Positions 1 to 10,796 of a stretch of 64,000 bases of DNA are shown here, piece by piece; positions within the stretch are counted from its first letter, which is position 1; every line of letters starts with the position of its first letter. A program made the position numbers and the translations under genes. The stretch spans positions 13,315 through 77,314 of the forward strand of contig CAIVSN010000142.1 in assembly GCA_903908595.1 (NCBI GenBank), in the 5' to 3' direction. Below the pieces are notes generated by a model. It ran no database searches and was not told the DNA's origin. It saw nothing but the letters and a program-made list of their open reading frames with translations. This stretch comes from an uncultured bacterium. GTDB lineage: Bacteria; Patescibacteriota; Gracilibacteria; BD1-5; UBA2023.

Positions 1-221
1 TCTGGCATGCCATGGCGATTTTTCTCCTCTCAAGATACGCGTTTCCGGAACACCACACCGTATTCGCCGAGTGGGTAAGGTTGGCGTGCTCGGTCGCGAT
101 TGCGGCCATTGGCATGGGATGGGCCAGCTCAGTGTTTTTGGAACGACGGCTAACGAAGCATTTGTTATGGAAATGGAAGAATCAGGCCATCGGCAAGTAC
201 TGTTCAAACCGGAAATCTTAA
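1..221 (+). CDS. 3' end of a membrane protein (partial)
   Basis: Hydrophobic open frame ending TAA at 221; start lies outside the window. Confidence 0.45.
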   Translation, partial: WHAMAIFLLSRYAFPEHHTVFAEWVRLACSVAIAAIGMGWASSVFLERRLTKHLLWKWKNQAIGKYCSNRKS

Positions 222-291
222 TGCGGATACCTGGATTTTTGGCATGAGTCTCCAAGCAAAAATAAGTTGCAACTTATTTTTGCTTGGAGAC

Positions 292-2220
292 TTAGTCGCT
301 CGTCGCTCCGCCACCGCCATATCCCCCGCCGCCGCCGGAATTCCAGTCCGTGGAATGGCTTGTCGATGCTATGCTCGTAATATTCGCTAGAGCAAATCGG
401 GCTTCTTCTTCCTGACGGAGCTTCCGGTCGTCTTCTTCCTGTTTTCTTCGGATTTCATCGCGTTTCTTGCGATGTTCCATTAGGCCTTCTTCAACGATCA
501 AAATGGCCAGCTCCGATCCCAGCTCCGAATATTCTTTCATCCGGGCGAATTCCGAATCGAATATTTGAAACCGTTCCCGAATGGACTCTATGTCAATTTT
601 TTGAGCATGGAGTTCCGATATGGTATCGAGGGTTTCATTCAGCCGTTCCGAGGATTCCGAAATATCGTAATCGGAAAAATTCCGGTTTCCGGTTTTTTTC
701 ATATAGGCAAGGGCAACCGATTGAAAATCGCTTCCTGGCCGTATTTCCACGATTTTTTTCCTTTTTAGCGCGACTTCGGAAGGAATCGCGTGAAACCAAT
801 TGATTTCGTCGACCATCATGTTCGTGGCATCGGAAAGCATACGTGACAGGCTTTTGCCCGTCAGGAACAAAATTCTCAATTCGGGAACGTCCTTGTCCCG
901 ATACGCGTTCCGAAAAGCTTTCGCGAACGTCGGCACCTGTTCTTCCAGATCGCTCCAGGAGATACGGGGAACTGTTCCGAATATTTCCCTATACTCGACG
1001 ATTCGGACTTCGTATTCGGCTTTTTTCTTAATGAAATCCGATTCGATTCCATCGGCCAGATTCACGATGGCCATGTAGAATTTTCGCGATTCTTCCATCT
1101 GGACAATCGCCTCATTCGCGAGTTTTTTCGCTGTCGCGATACGGGTGAGGGTATCCATATAATTGCCCCCATCCGTAACGGCAGGAAAAACGATATTTCA
1201 CAACCGGTACCCCTGTCACTCCAATTCCTGCTGGAGCTGGAGTCCCCGGATCGTCAGGTCTTTCAAATCAAATTTGGCCAAATGCAGTTTTTCGTCGATA
1301 CGCGCGAATTCCCGAGGCCAGGTTGCCACGGAATCCCGTATCGAATCCATGAGTCCCCTCGTGATGGCTTCTTGGCTGGGATCATCGACGATGCCGTCGA
1401 CGGCATCGTCGGAATATGCCGACATGCCCCGGACGGCAGCATCGTGATCCGCGGCATATTGATCCAAGAACCAATCCGGATACTTTTGCATTTCGGTCAA
1501 CAGGTGGGCATACAGTTCGAATATCGCTTTTTTCAGGGACCTTCTCCGGGAATTTTTTCTCAGAACTTCGATGCCGTAATGCCCTCCGATCCCAGCACTC
1601 CCGAGCACCAAGACCACGATCGCTCAGAATCCGAGGGAATTGAGCAAATCCGAAGTCCGTTGGGCCGAAACGACTTCGCTATTGGGCACGGGGGAAGGCG
1701 CCAAACCGACCAGGTCGGGATATTCCCGACGAATGAGCCGTTCGATCTGGAAAGTGATATCGTCCAGCCGGCAGGATGCGTCCTCCTTCCGGCATATCCC
1801 TTCGGACTTGGAGTTTGTAAGGATTCGAGAGGATTCGAGATCGGTAATATACCTTTGGGTTTTTGCCGTCTCGATGCGGTACAGCGAAGGGATTTCGGTA
1901 TGCAAAACCACTACGCCGGAATCTTCTCACCGGTAGCCGACTTTGCATCCCTTGCCGATGGCATTGGCCATTTCTTCTATGGAACCGTAGCCGTACTCGT
2001 CCAAGCGATCGATGGTTACGACCACGACCTGGTGACGCTTTTCCAGGTCGACTTTGCGGAGGCGGTTCTCGATTTTTTGACGGATACCCTCCTTGACGAC
2101 GTGGGCAGTATCGACGAGCGGAGACGATGTGGGACATGGGAGGGGTTTTCCGGCAATGCCGGCATGGACCGTCAGGGCCAATGCGGTTCCCGCTACGGCG
2201 GATTTCCAATTTGAGTTCAT
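292..2220 (-). CDS. TPM-domain (YgcG-like) membrane protein, ~642 aa
   Basis: Four same-frame ORF fragments joined by TGA. Signal peptide, TPM-like 'LVDTAHVV...QVVVVTI...IEEMANAI...DSGVVVL...YRIET', one TM helix, C-terminal 'SGGGGGYGGGGATSD'. Confidence 0.75.
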
Positions 2221-2375
2221 GTTGTTATGATTATTCGGGGGAAGTATATTTAGAACGGTCAATAGTCTAATGGGAAAAGAAAAAAAGGCTATCCGATGAT
2301 TTTCGGCGAACCTTTTTGTCTCGTATGCCCCTCCCTCTCGGGGATGAGGCTGCTAGGGGCGTTGTTTTGGCTTAA

Positions 2376-2423
2376 TGGTGCAACCGGCGCGACTCGAACG
2401 CGCGGCCTCCTCCTTCGCAGGGA
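2376..2423 (-). repeat. att site: 48-bp duplicate of the tRNA-Arg 3' half
   Basis: Identical to 14460-14507; imperfect similarity continues ~50 bp beyond CCA (2326-2375 vs 14411-14459). Confidence 0.93.
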
Positions 2424-2450
2424 TTCGAACGTTTCCGGACGGATGTCAAG

Positions 2451-3329
2451 CTAGGAGTAAAGCCGCAGGGAAGAGATTTTCCGGTTGATGGATTCGGTAT
2501 TCGCCGTGAGGTAGATCTGGGTAGTCTTCACGGAAGAATGCCCGAGGACGGAAGCGATGTTGAAGATGTCCAGGTCATTACGGACGAGCTCGGTGGCGAA
2601 CGTGTGGCGGAGGCGATGCGGAGACAGGGGAAAGGCGAGCTTGGCCTTGACCTTGTCGAAGATGTTCCGGAGATTTCGTTCGCCGAGGGCGTAATCGTTC
2701 TTGGAAGGGAAAAGCCGGGTAGCCTCGGGATGCTGCTCCATCAGGACCTTGGAATAGTCCAGGAGGATCGGGAGGAGCTGGTCGCATACCGGGACGTTCC
2801 GGCCTTTGCCGCCTTTGCCGTTGCGGATGCAAAGATTGCGTTCGTAGAGGTTCAGGTCGGAGGGTTCGAGATCGAGGAGTTCTTTCCGGCGGATTCCCGT
2901 ATAGAGGAGCGTTTGGAATATGGCGAAGTCCCGGAAGCCGTTGAAGGTCTCGGGCTTGAAAACTGACAGGAGCGCGTATTTCAAAGCCTTGACCTGCTCG
3001 ACGGAAAGGGATTTCGGCAGTTTCTGGGGTTCTTTCATCTTGGGTATCTGGTCGAACGGGTTGAAACCGATGATGCGGTCCCGGACGAGATGCGCGCAGT
3101 AGGAGCGGTAGCATTTGCGTGCGGTGTTGTAGGTTATCGGCTTCCATTCGCGCCTGGATCATTCTGAGGCGAGAAGCGTCCGGAAGTTGCGGACGGTAAG
3201 GTCGGCGGGATCGTCCGGATCCATTCAGGCTTGGGGAAGGAGGGAGAAATAGAACCGGTAGGAGTAGAGGGTTTTCTCTCCTACTCATTCGTTGTATCTC
3301 TTCTCGGTGTAGAATTGTTCGAGGAACAT
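2451..3329 (-). CDS. Tyrosine recombinase / phage integrase, 292 aa
   Basis: TGIRRKEL, KGGKGR, HRLRHTFAT, LGHSSVKTTQIY; N-terminal domain recovered by reading three TGA as Gly. Confidence 0.93.
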
Positions 3330-3427
3330 TTTGGGGATTGGGTTAATAAACGAATTTGATTTAGTAACCTGTTTTTATTTACAGTTTCGGTGTTAATGAA
3401 CGGGAGCCCGGAGAGGGCGACACGGAT

Positions 3428-3483
3428 AATGTAGGATAAGTTTTATCCTGTGTCAAATTTAAAGTGCCACAATATGGCACTTT
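3428..3483 (-). promoter_or_regulatory. sigma70 promoter with upstream palindromic operator (int)
   Basis: TTGACA-17-TACATT; operator AAAGTGCCA-N5-TGGCACTTT at 3461-3483. Confidence 0.7.
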
Positions 3484-3937
3484 TTATATTTTCCCGGTTT
3501 GCTATCAGAATAGCAAAACACAAGATGTTGTGGTTTTAAGAGAAAGATCTATCCGGACGGGACACAAGATGTTGTGTCGGCGCCCGGCGCGCCGGGCGCG
3601 ATACGAGCCGATTGTTTTTTCCTGCGGAAAAGCTGACGATATAGCCGGCTCCGCCCGTTTTTTACCGGAATAGGAGGATATTGCCATAGCCTGCCCGGCG
3701 GGCACCTGCGGGGATGCCGGGAGAATTAGGGAAAGCGGAATGGCGCGGGAAGCCCTCCGACTGGAAGCGGAGGGCTTTTTTCCTTCGCTCAATGCTAGCG
3801 CGAGCTGCGGAAAAATTCCGATACCGGGGGAATCCCCCCGGAGCCCCCTGATGGAAGCGCAAGCGGACTTGCGGGAATTCCGGATCGGAACGGATTTCCC
3901 GTGAAGCCGGGAAATCCCGTCATCGGTGTTGGAAAGC

Positions 3938-3960
3938 AAAAAAAACCTCCGATTCGGAGG
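3938..3960 (-). terminator. Intrinsic terminator
   Basis: CCTCCGAATCGGAGG hairpin followed by a T8 run, downstream of CDS 3991-4584. Confidence 0.65.
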
Positions 3961-3990
3961 CGGAGGAAGAGGAAGAGGAAGAGACGGAAG

Positions 3991-4584
3991 CTATGCCGGA
4001 ATTTTAGCGAGCATGGGAGCATCCGATTTACGCTTTGCGGCTTGTAGACGGAGAATCATGGCTTTATCCCTGCTTAGGTTCATGAGCTGTACATGTACGA
4101 GTTCTCCCCTGGAATCCTTATTGACCCATAGATCGAAATCGTCCCTGGGGTTCGCGAATGCGTCTTCGTTCGCGGAAAGGATTTTATCCCTGAACCCGGC
4201 GAGATAATCGAAATTCTTTTGTCATCCGGTACCGTACTTCTTCATCGCGTTGAAAAGCTGGAAACAAACGACACGGCCATTTTCGTCATAATGGATAACA
4301 AATCCGAAATCGGATCGGTCGGGGCCGTCGAATATCCGGTTAATCCAAGCATGGGTTGCGGCCTTGAGTTCTGCCTGACGAGAATAAGCGCACTGCGGGC
4401 AAGAACAAGTCTCAACCCGGTCGAGGGAAGCAGCGCACTCCCTAAGGGAGTCTTCCATGACGGAATGGCAGTCTTCGAAATGGTAGCCGTCCTTGAGCAT
4501 GATCTGGTATCCGTCGGAATCCAAACTGACGTCGAGTATGATCTTGGAATATTTGCGCAGGGTATAAGGGATGCGGGTTGTCAT
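3991..4584 (-). CDS. Phage hypothetical protein, 197 aa
   Basis: ORF 4222-4584 extended through TGA to TAG at 3991; has its own promoter/operator. Confidence 0.65.
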
Positions 4585-4613
4585 ATTCGGGAAGGGTTAT
4601 TGAATATGCGTAT

Positions 4614-4669
4614 ATTGTAGGATACTTTTTAATGAGAGTCAAATTTAAAGTGCCACTATATGGCACTTT
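4614..4669 (-). promoter_or_regulatory. sigma70 promoter with upstream palindromic operator
   Basis: TTGACT-17-TACAAT; operator AAAGTGCCA-ctata-TGGCACTTT at 4647-4669. Confidence 0.72.
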
Positions 4670-4699
4670 TTATGTATAAATAATAGCATAGATTCGGGG

Positions 4700-5509
4700 T
4701 TACGCCGTGGCCGCTAAAGCGGCGCCCTGGCGTAACTCACCCACTTTCATGGGACGGAAAGGATGCAGCATGTCTGCGAGGGAGAGGTAGAGGGAACGGG
4801 GAACATAGATGTCTTCGGTAGCCTGTATGAGTTCTTTCGTATTGTAGAGGTAGCGGGGGAACCAGGGGTAAAAATTGAAGTTGATGCCCCAACCGATCAC
4901 TTCCGCCTTGTCGAAATCCATTTCCTCGGGATTGGAAAACCACAAGTCCTTATGCCATCGGATAAAGTGAAGCCCCCGGTAGTATTTGCGGTAGTACCCG
5001 GCGAGGCGGCGGAATTTGACGTCGAGTTCGAGGGGGTTCTGGACGGCCACCATGAAGAGGAGTTCGAGCTTCCGGGGCTGGTATATGAAGTTGAGGAGCT
5101 TTTCGTTTTCCCCTTTGAAATTCTTGTCGAAGTTTCTCGGGTTGAAATAGATGGATCATTCGTCCAGAGCGACGTTGAATCAGATATTACGGGGAAGGTT
5201 GGGGTATTTTTCGCGGAATTCCGCAGCTTTCCGGAGGTAGGCGGGGTAGAGGTGCGATTTTTGGGCGAAGAGCTGCTCACGGTCTTCCCAGAGGTTGATA
5301 TACTGGTGATAGTCGTATATGTCAGTGAGGATGTTTATGAGATCTCTATGCGACTGGATTTGGAAGTCGGTATATCCGGTCCAATAGTTGGAAATATTGA
5401 TGACTTTCGAAGAATTGGCGTCCCGGAGGAATTTGGTCATGTTCTGGGTCTTTCAGCTGCCGAACATTCAGAGTAGGATGTAGAATCAGATGAGGCGCAT
5501 TTGGAGCAT
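4700..5509 (-). CDS. Zot/pI-like filamentous phage morphogenesis ATPase, 269 aa
   Basis: Walker A G(TGA)MFGSG(TGA)KT, Walker B VALDEG(TGA), 'YQPRK', 'VAVQNPLELDVKFRRL'. Confidence 0.88.
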
Positions 5510-5609
5510 GGGAAGTTGGGTTATCGGTAATTGTTTTGAGGTAAAAAAGCGGCCCGGACCGTACCCCGAAAGGAATAGGATTCGAACCGCTTGAATTTGC
5601 GTTTTGGCG

Positions 5610-5942
5610 TTACCCGATGAGGGGAACGACGATCATAGCTATGGCGAGGACTATGACGGCGAGTACGCCGTTCAGGACGGTCGTGACGGTGAAGATGGTA
5701 CAGTACGAGGCAAGGGCGATGACTATGGCCATCCCGAGATGGTAGAACGTGAAGGCAAGGAGGGTGGAAGAGAGGTTGAGGACGAACGTGACGCCGAAGA
5801 CCCAGAGGGAGACCTTGGCCCATTTCGTGGCGTATCTCACGACGATCGGAGCCAAATAGCCGAGGGCGTCGAACGATTTGTCGACGAATTTCCCGAGGAA
5901 CGGGAGAAGGGACAGGAGTACGGTTTTTAGTATGGCGAACAT
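5610..5942 (-). CDS. pVI-like hydrophobic minor virion protein, 110 aa
   Basis: Highly hydrophobic, located between the pIII-like and pI-like genes as in inoviruses. Confidence 0.7.
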   Translation of the reverse strand: MFAILKTVLLSLLPFLGKFVDKSFDALGYLAPIVVRYATKWAKVSLWVFGVTFVLNLSSTLLAFTFYHLGMAIVIALASYCTIFTVTTVLNGVLAVIVLAIAMIVVPLIG

Positions 5943-5944
5943 GG

Positions 5945-8131
5945 CTAGTTTTTTGGCTTAAGGATAAAGTACGACGAGAAGAGTATGACCATTCCGGAAA
6001 AGAGAAGGACGAGGTAGTCCAGATAAGTAAGGCTCCCGTAAGGGGCGAAACCGGAATGGCCGCGAAACAAGTCGGATTCGTTGACGATCCGAAACCAGTT
6101 CTGATAGCGGACCCGGTAGACGATGCCAAGAAAACAAATCCTCTGTCATTCCTGTACGGTCCCCATGGTACGGAGAATGGAGAGAGCGTTATTTACGGGG
6201 TTCGTGAAGAGGCCGGTAACGGCATCAGGATACTTGAGAACGGATTTGAGGGCAGGACTGTCGACGTATCAGGATATGGAGAGGTCGATATGGAGGGGAA
6301 GAGAATCGGAGAAGTAAGCGAAAGACTTGTCGGGATTGAAAAGTTCGCAAGAACTACCGGGTATCTCTCCGAGAAACGTAGCGCCGGATTCGGAGCCGGG
6401 AACATATCAAAGGATGGACTGGCCGGAATACGATCACAAGCCGCCGCCGGTATACGATACGGCGCTCGATCCGGTAACGTTGCCGGTCATGCCGGTAAAC
6501 GTGGCGACGGTGTTGTTAAGCGTCATGCCCGAGAAGTCGAGGGAACCGGAAGCGGAGAGGAAGCTTTGGAGGGAATCGAGGATGGAAGAGTTGTCAGATA
6601 TGACTTCCGTAGGCTTGACCCGGCAATAAGCTCCGTCGGCGTAGCAATCCTGGAGATTCCCGCACGTGGTGGAATTGATCCAGGTACATGATTTGGTAGC
6701 GCTGGCACAGTCGATGCGGATGACGTCACCGGAATACGTGGAAGTACCGGAACCGGCATATTGCGCGGGATTGTCGATTTGGAGGAGGCAGGCGTCGCCG
6801 TCGAGCTTACAGTAGTGACCGTTTATGTCCTGGCAGGAGAAGTTGTTCGAGACGGTACGCCAAGTACAGGTATTCGGCTGGAGATCGGCGGAAGTGTCAG
6901 AAAGAGTCGTGACTCAGGAGAAAGTTTTAGGAACGCAAGTCTGCGGAACCGGGACGAAGGCGGGAGTCGTGGAAACCGCAACGTTCGTGCCGGAGCCAGC
7001 GGATCCAGAGTTAGAAACGGGGTTGGGAGATACGGAGAGGTCGACGGGTGAACCGCAAGCGATAGCGCGGGGATCGTATACGCCGGGTTCTCAGGCGCAG
7101 TAGTTAGCCTGTTTGGAATAGTCGAAACGGCAGTTCGAATACTGCGGATCGTCGCAGTTCATATCCCAAGAGTATATTAAGCCGTCGGTCATGCGGAAGT
7201 AAGCAGCAGGATTGTCGAAAGCGGTAAAATTTTTCATTTGGACGGGAGTGTGCCAAGGACCCGATTTGGAATGCACGTTGTCATGGACGTTCGAAACGAG
7301 GAAAGATCAGGATCCGGTAGTTGTCGGGGATACGAAAAAGGAAACGTTTCAAGAATACGCAAAAGCGGGGAGGATGACTTCGGCCTGCATGGACTGCTGG
7401 GAGTAGATACCGGATACCGAGTAGGAATAATTGAAACCGTCCGTACCCTTGTAGGTCCAAATTCCGAGGCCGGATTTCGTTTCCATATAGAGCGGGAAAG
7501 AAGCGGGAGGCACGTAGTCGGTCGGAGGTGCCGAAAGAGTGATCCATTGCCATACGTCATCGTACCACGGAACGTCGGGAACGGTAATCACGGGTTTGGG
7601 GGTGAGTAAGACGGGAAAAGCGGAAAGCGTCATAGTGGCTTTGTCGAGCTCGTAGTATTCCATGGAAGGACCCACGGAATTCGCAGGGTTGTACTTGATG
7701 ACGTTGACTTTCCCCGTGTTGGCATTTTTGTAAACGAAATACGGTTCATGGAAGACGAGGAAAAGTCAATTGGACGAATTGTATATGAACCTAGGGCCGA
7801 GAATCGGGGTGTAATACGCCTGTTGCACAGTCAGATCAGAATCGAGCGCCTGTATGATTTCAGAATGCATTTCGGTAATTTGCAAGGTCATAGGGTACGA
7901 AAAGCCGGGTTGGAAAGACTTTCAATCCAAGGATACGTTAGAGAACCAAGCTCAATTATAATTAGTATACAGACCGTTTACGAAGACAAGCGGGGTATGT
8001 CATTTTTGGAAATCGGTGGGATTGGATACCGCGTTGAAAGCATCGGCCTGGGATATGGAAACGGACGCGAGCGCGATTATGGCGAAAAGCACGAAGAGAG
8101 AGAAAGCGTAGGATTTGGCAAGGAGTTTCAT
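5945..8131 (-). CDS. pIII-like adsorption protein, ~728 aa
   Basis: Single frame once TGA=Gly. Signal peptide ending 'SQADA', Ser/Thr/Gly/Cys-rich body, C-terminal TM 'YLVLLFSGMVILFSSYFILKPKN'. Confidence 0.75.
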
Positions 8132-8143
8132 GGGTAGTAAGGA

Positions 8144-8434
8144 TTATTTGGATTTGCCGAGCTGGTATCATTTCGCGGAGAGCTTCCAGATGATAGAGAA
8201 GGATATCGGAATGAGCCAGAAGAGCAGGATGAGCATATTGTAAAAATCGGAATCGACGTAGTAGGCGCCGTCGTTGTCCTGGTAGCCGAGACGGAGGAAA
8301 TTCCCGGTGCCAGAGAATTCCGCGTAGCGGACAGCGGCTTCAGGTAAGGATATAACGAGATCGGGACAGTCGAGACCGGAGACGGAGGAGGAACCAGTGT
8401 CGAAGGTAATGAAGGTGCAGGTTCAGAGGTTCAT
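8144..8434 (-). CDS. Small single-TM virion protein (pVII/pIX-like), 96 aa
   Basis: Missing from the ORF track because of two TGA; C-terminal TM 'MLILLFWLIPISFSIIWK'. Confidence 0.55.
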
Positions 8435-8446
8435 GGTCGGATTAGG

Positions 8447-8596
8447 TTAACGGCGGGAAAAGAAGGAGACGAGCCAGCCGGCGAGGAAGAATATGAAGCA
8501 GGTGAAGAAAATCGGGACGATGTAGTTGACGAGAAAAAGCTGGAGCAGGAGCATCAGCTTGGACATGAACGCGGTAAGCAGGTTTTCGTCGTACAT
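8447..8596 (-). CDS. Small hydrophobic virion protein (pVII/pIX-like), 49 aa
   Basis: MYDENLLTAFMSKLMLLLQLFLVNYIVPIFFTCFIFFLAGWLVSFFSRR. Confidence 0.55.
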   Translation of the reverse strand: MYDENLLTAFMSKLMLLLQLFLVNYIVPIFFTCFIFFLAGWLVSFFSRR

Positions 8597-8656
8597 AGGC
8601 GGTTAATAATGCAGATTCCGGCCATCCGGGCGAGGGATGGCAGGGCGTCTGGACGG

Positions 8657-9037
8657 TTAACGGTGGCCGATAAAGCCTTTGACGAACCGGACGATACCAT
8701 AGACGGCAGCGAGGATCACAAAGTACTTTCCGAATTGCATCAGGACGGTCAGGATGCTAAGGGTAGCATTGATTGACTGTTCCCCGAGCGCGTCGACGTC
8801 GGCCTGAGGCATGGTGATACCCGTTAGCGGGGTATACACGGCCTGGGCGTTGGCTTCCGGGACGGAAACGAGGGCGACGACGGACTGGAATGCGTTTGTA
8901 GCATAGCCAGCAGGAGTTGCGGTTCGTACCGTAACGGAACCGAGGGCGGAGACGGCGACTACCGCGAGGGAGAGAGCAATGAAGCCAGCCTTGAGAGCCT
9001 TTGACGCTTTGATTTTTTCTACGAGAGAAGCGATCAT
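8657..9037 (-). CDS. Major coat protein precursor (pVIII-like), 126 aa
   Basis: Leader ending 'EANA|Q'; mature ~62 aa with acidic N-part, one TM and basic tail 'RFVKGFIGHR'. Confidence 0.7.
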   Translation of the reverse strand: MIASLVEKIKASKALKAGFIALSLAVVAVSALGSVTVRTATPAGYATNAFQSVVALVSVPEANAQAVYTPLTGITMPQADVDALGEQSINATLSILTVLMQFGKYFVILAAVYGIVRFVKGFIGHR

Positions 9038-9331
9038 TGGACGAAAGTGAGAAGTAGGACAAGGGGAGTATCCGCGAGGAGTATCCGCCCGGGCCGTCAT
9101 CCGAAGGTTCGGAGAACGAAGCGGGAGACAAGTTAAGATTGCGAGTTGCAAAAAAGCGGTTCCAGAGACTCTCGGGCGGGTTCGGGGCCGGAGAGTTTCG
9201 TGAACCGCTTTGATGTTTGCTCGTGTCAATTTCCTTTCCTTTAAGAGTGCGGGCTTTTTCCGGAGTAAGTATTCGTTACAGTTCCCGGTTTCCGACGTTT
9301 GTTTTTTTATTTGGAAGCACTCCGGCAGAAG

Positions 9332-9649
9332 CTATTTGGCTGCGGGAAGGCTTTGGAAGAATTCACGAAGCTTCTGGAATTCCTGCGGGGTGAAGTGGCA
9401 GGCAGAGACGTCTTCGAAGAATGCCTTGATATCCCAGGAGTAAGCCCGGACGGTGAGGGATAGGCAGACTTCGGGGATAGCTACCACTTCGCCGGTTTCG
9501 AGCGTGGTCTTCTGGGTCACGAAGGAATCGATGGTGAGGGTGCGGTCGGGTTTTCCCTCTTCGTTGAGGGTGCCGGTATTGAAGAGCGACTTGAAATCGA
9601 TTTTCTTGAATTCGAATTTCTTGACGAATTTCTTTGCAGGTTCGGACAT
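9332..9649 (-). CDS. Possible ssDNA-binding protein (pV position), 105 aa
   Basis: Beta-rich small protein directly upstream of the coat gene; function inferred from position only. Confidence 0.45.
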   Translation of the reverse strand: MSEPAKKFVKKFEFKKIDFKSLFNTGTLNEEGKPDRTLTIDSFVTQKTTLETGEVVAIPEVCLSLTVRAYSWDIKAFFEDVSACHFTPQEFQKLREFFQSLPAAK

Positions 9650-9711
9650 ATGAGAATTTGTAAGGAGATGAGAGAAAACCACAGACATTTGTTTTTGTTG
9701 TCTATGGTTGG

Positions 9712-9769
9712 AATATAGCGGGATTTTGGTAGGTGTCAAATTAAAAGTGCCAATTAATGGTACTTTTAA
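9712..9769 (-). promoter_or_regulatory. sigma70 promoter with upstream palindromic operator (structural operon)
   Basis: TTGACA-16-TATATT; operator AAAAGTGCCA-attaa-TGGTACTTTT at 9743-9767. Confidence 0.68.
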
Positions 9770-9796
9770 TGCCTATTTAGAAGGCGGAATATTGTT

Positions 9797-9949
9797 TCAA
9801 TTCTTGTAGTGCTGGAAAAACCAGATGAGGTGAGAAACCTTGTCGTCATAAGTTTTCAATTCCACTCCGCCAATTTCGATTTTCATATCGAGAAGTTTAT
9901 TGACAGTTTCGGGATTGAGCTTAACAGATTGTATTTTGCTTGCTACCAT
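9797..9949 (-). CDS. Small ribbon-helix-helix-like DNA-binding protein, 50 aa
   Basis: 'IQSVKLNPETVNKLLDMK...TYDDKVSHLI' strand-helix-helix pattern. Confidence 0.5.
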   Translation of the reverse strand: MVASKIQSVKLNPETVNKLLDMKIEIGGVELKTYDDKVSHLIWFFQHYKN

Positions 9950-10008
9950 GTAACGAATATGAGTATTCCGAAGAATATACACAGGAATAGTAAAAATGGA
10001 AGTGCGAG

Positions 10009-10758
10009 CTATTTTTGGGATTTAGCGGCTTTGGCTTTGGCGGCTTTGTTACGATAGTAACCGTAGTACGGGACGAAAGGCTTTTTGGGCTTTTCGTTGG
10101 AGCCGGGGTTTTGGTTGGAGCCGGGCTTTTCAGCTACGACCGGAACGAAAGCGGAAACCGCTTGGATGATCGCGGCGGCCAGTCCGGAGACGTCGGAGGC
10201 TTGAACGTCGGGAAGAGGCTTGACGGATTTCGCTTTCGGGACGTAAGCGGGAGCAAGGTACAATTCCTTTTCGACCGGATCGGAAATGGCGGATATCCAA
10301 GTTTCGAGCGGAAGTTCGGCATTGAAGTTGAGAAGGTCGGAATAATCGGCAAACCGAATATTTTTGGATTCGCAAAACGCCTTGGCATTGGGAGTAAACC
10401 AAGAAGTAGTTACGAAGACGAGCAAGCAATCGTGCTGGCGGGAGATATCGGATACCTTGCCGTAGAATTTGGCCACTTCTCATTCATCGATGTGATAGAC
10501 CGCCCATTTCTTGCACTGGACTATCAGGTATTGATTGGATCAATCCTCTTTGGACCTAGCGGCCTTGATATCTATCCCGCCATCGTCGAATCAGCCGTTT
10601 CTGTACGAGGAAAAGCCGTATTCCGGGAGCTTGAAGAAGTCCGTGACGTACTGCTCGAAGCCCGTGGGAGTGAGGCGGTCGACGAAAGAGGAGATTATGG
10701 TGGCGTTTTCAAGTCCGCCGGAAAACCTGACGAGGTCGGTGAATGATTCCTTGTTCAT
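10009..10758 (-). CDS. Mrr-family (Mrr_cat) restriction endonuclease, 249 aa
   Basis: After TGA joining: 'PTGFEQYV...DGGIDI...IVQCKKW...EVAKFYG...VFVTTSWFTPNA'. Confidence 0.85.
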
Positions 10759-10796
10759 GGATCCAGAATACCAGAATGTTTTTCGCAAGTCAAAAT

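Noticed and set aside
2376-2423. Second functional tRNA-Arg
   Set aside because: It lacks the 5' acceptor strand and D-arm; it is the att duplicate
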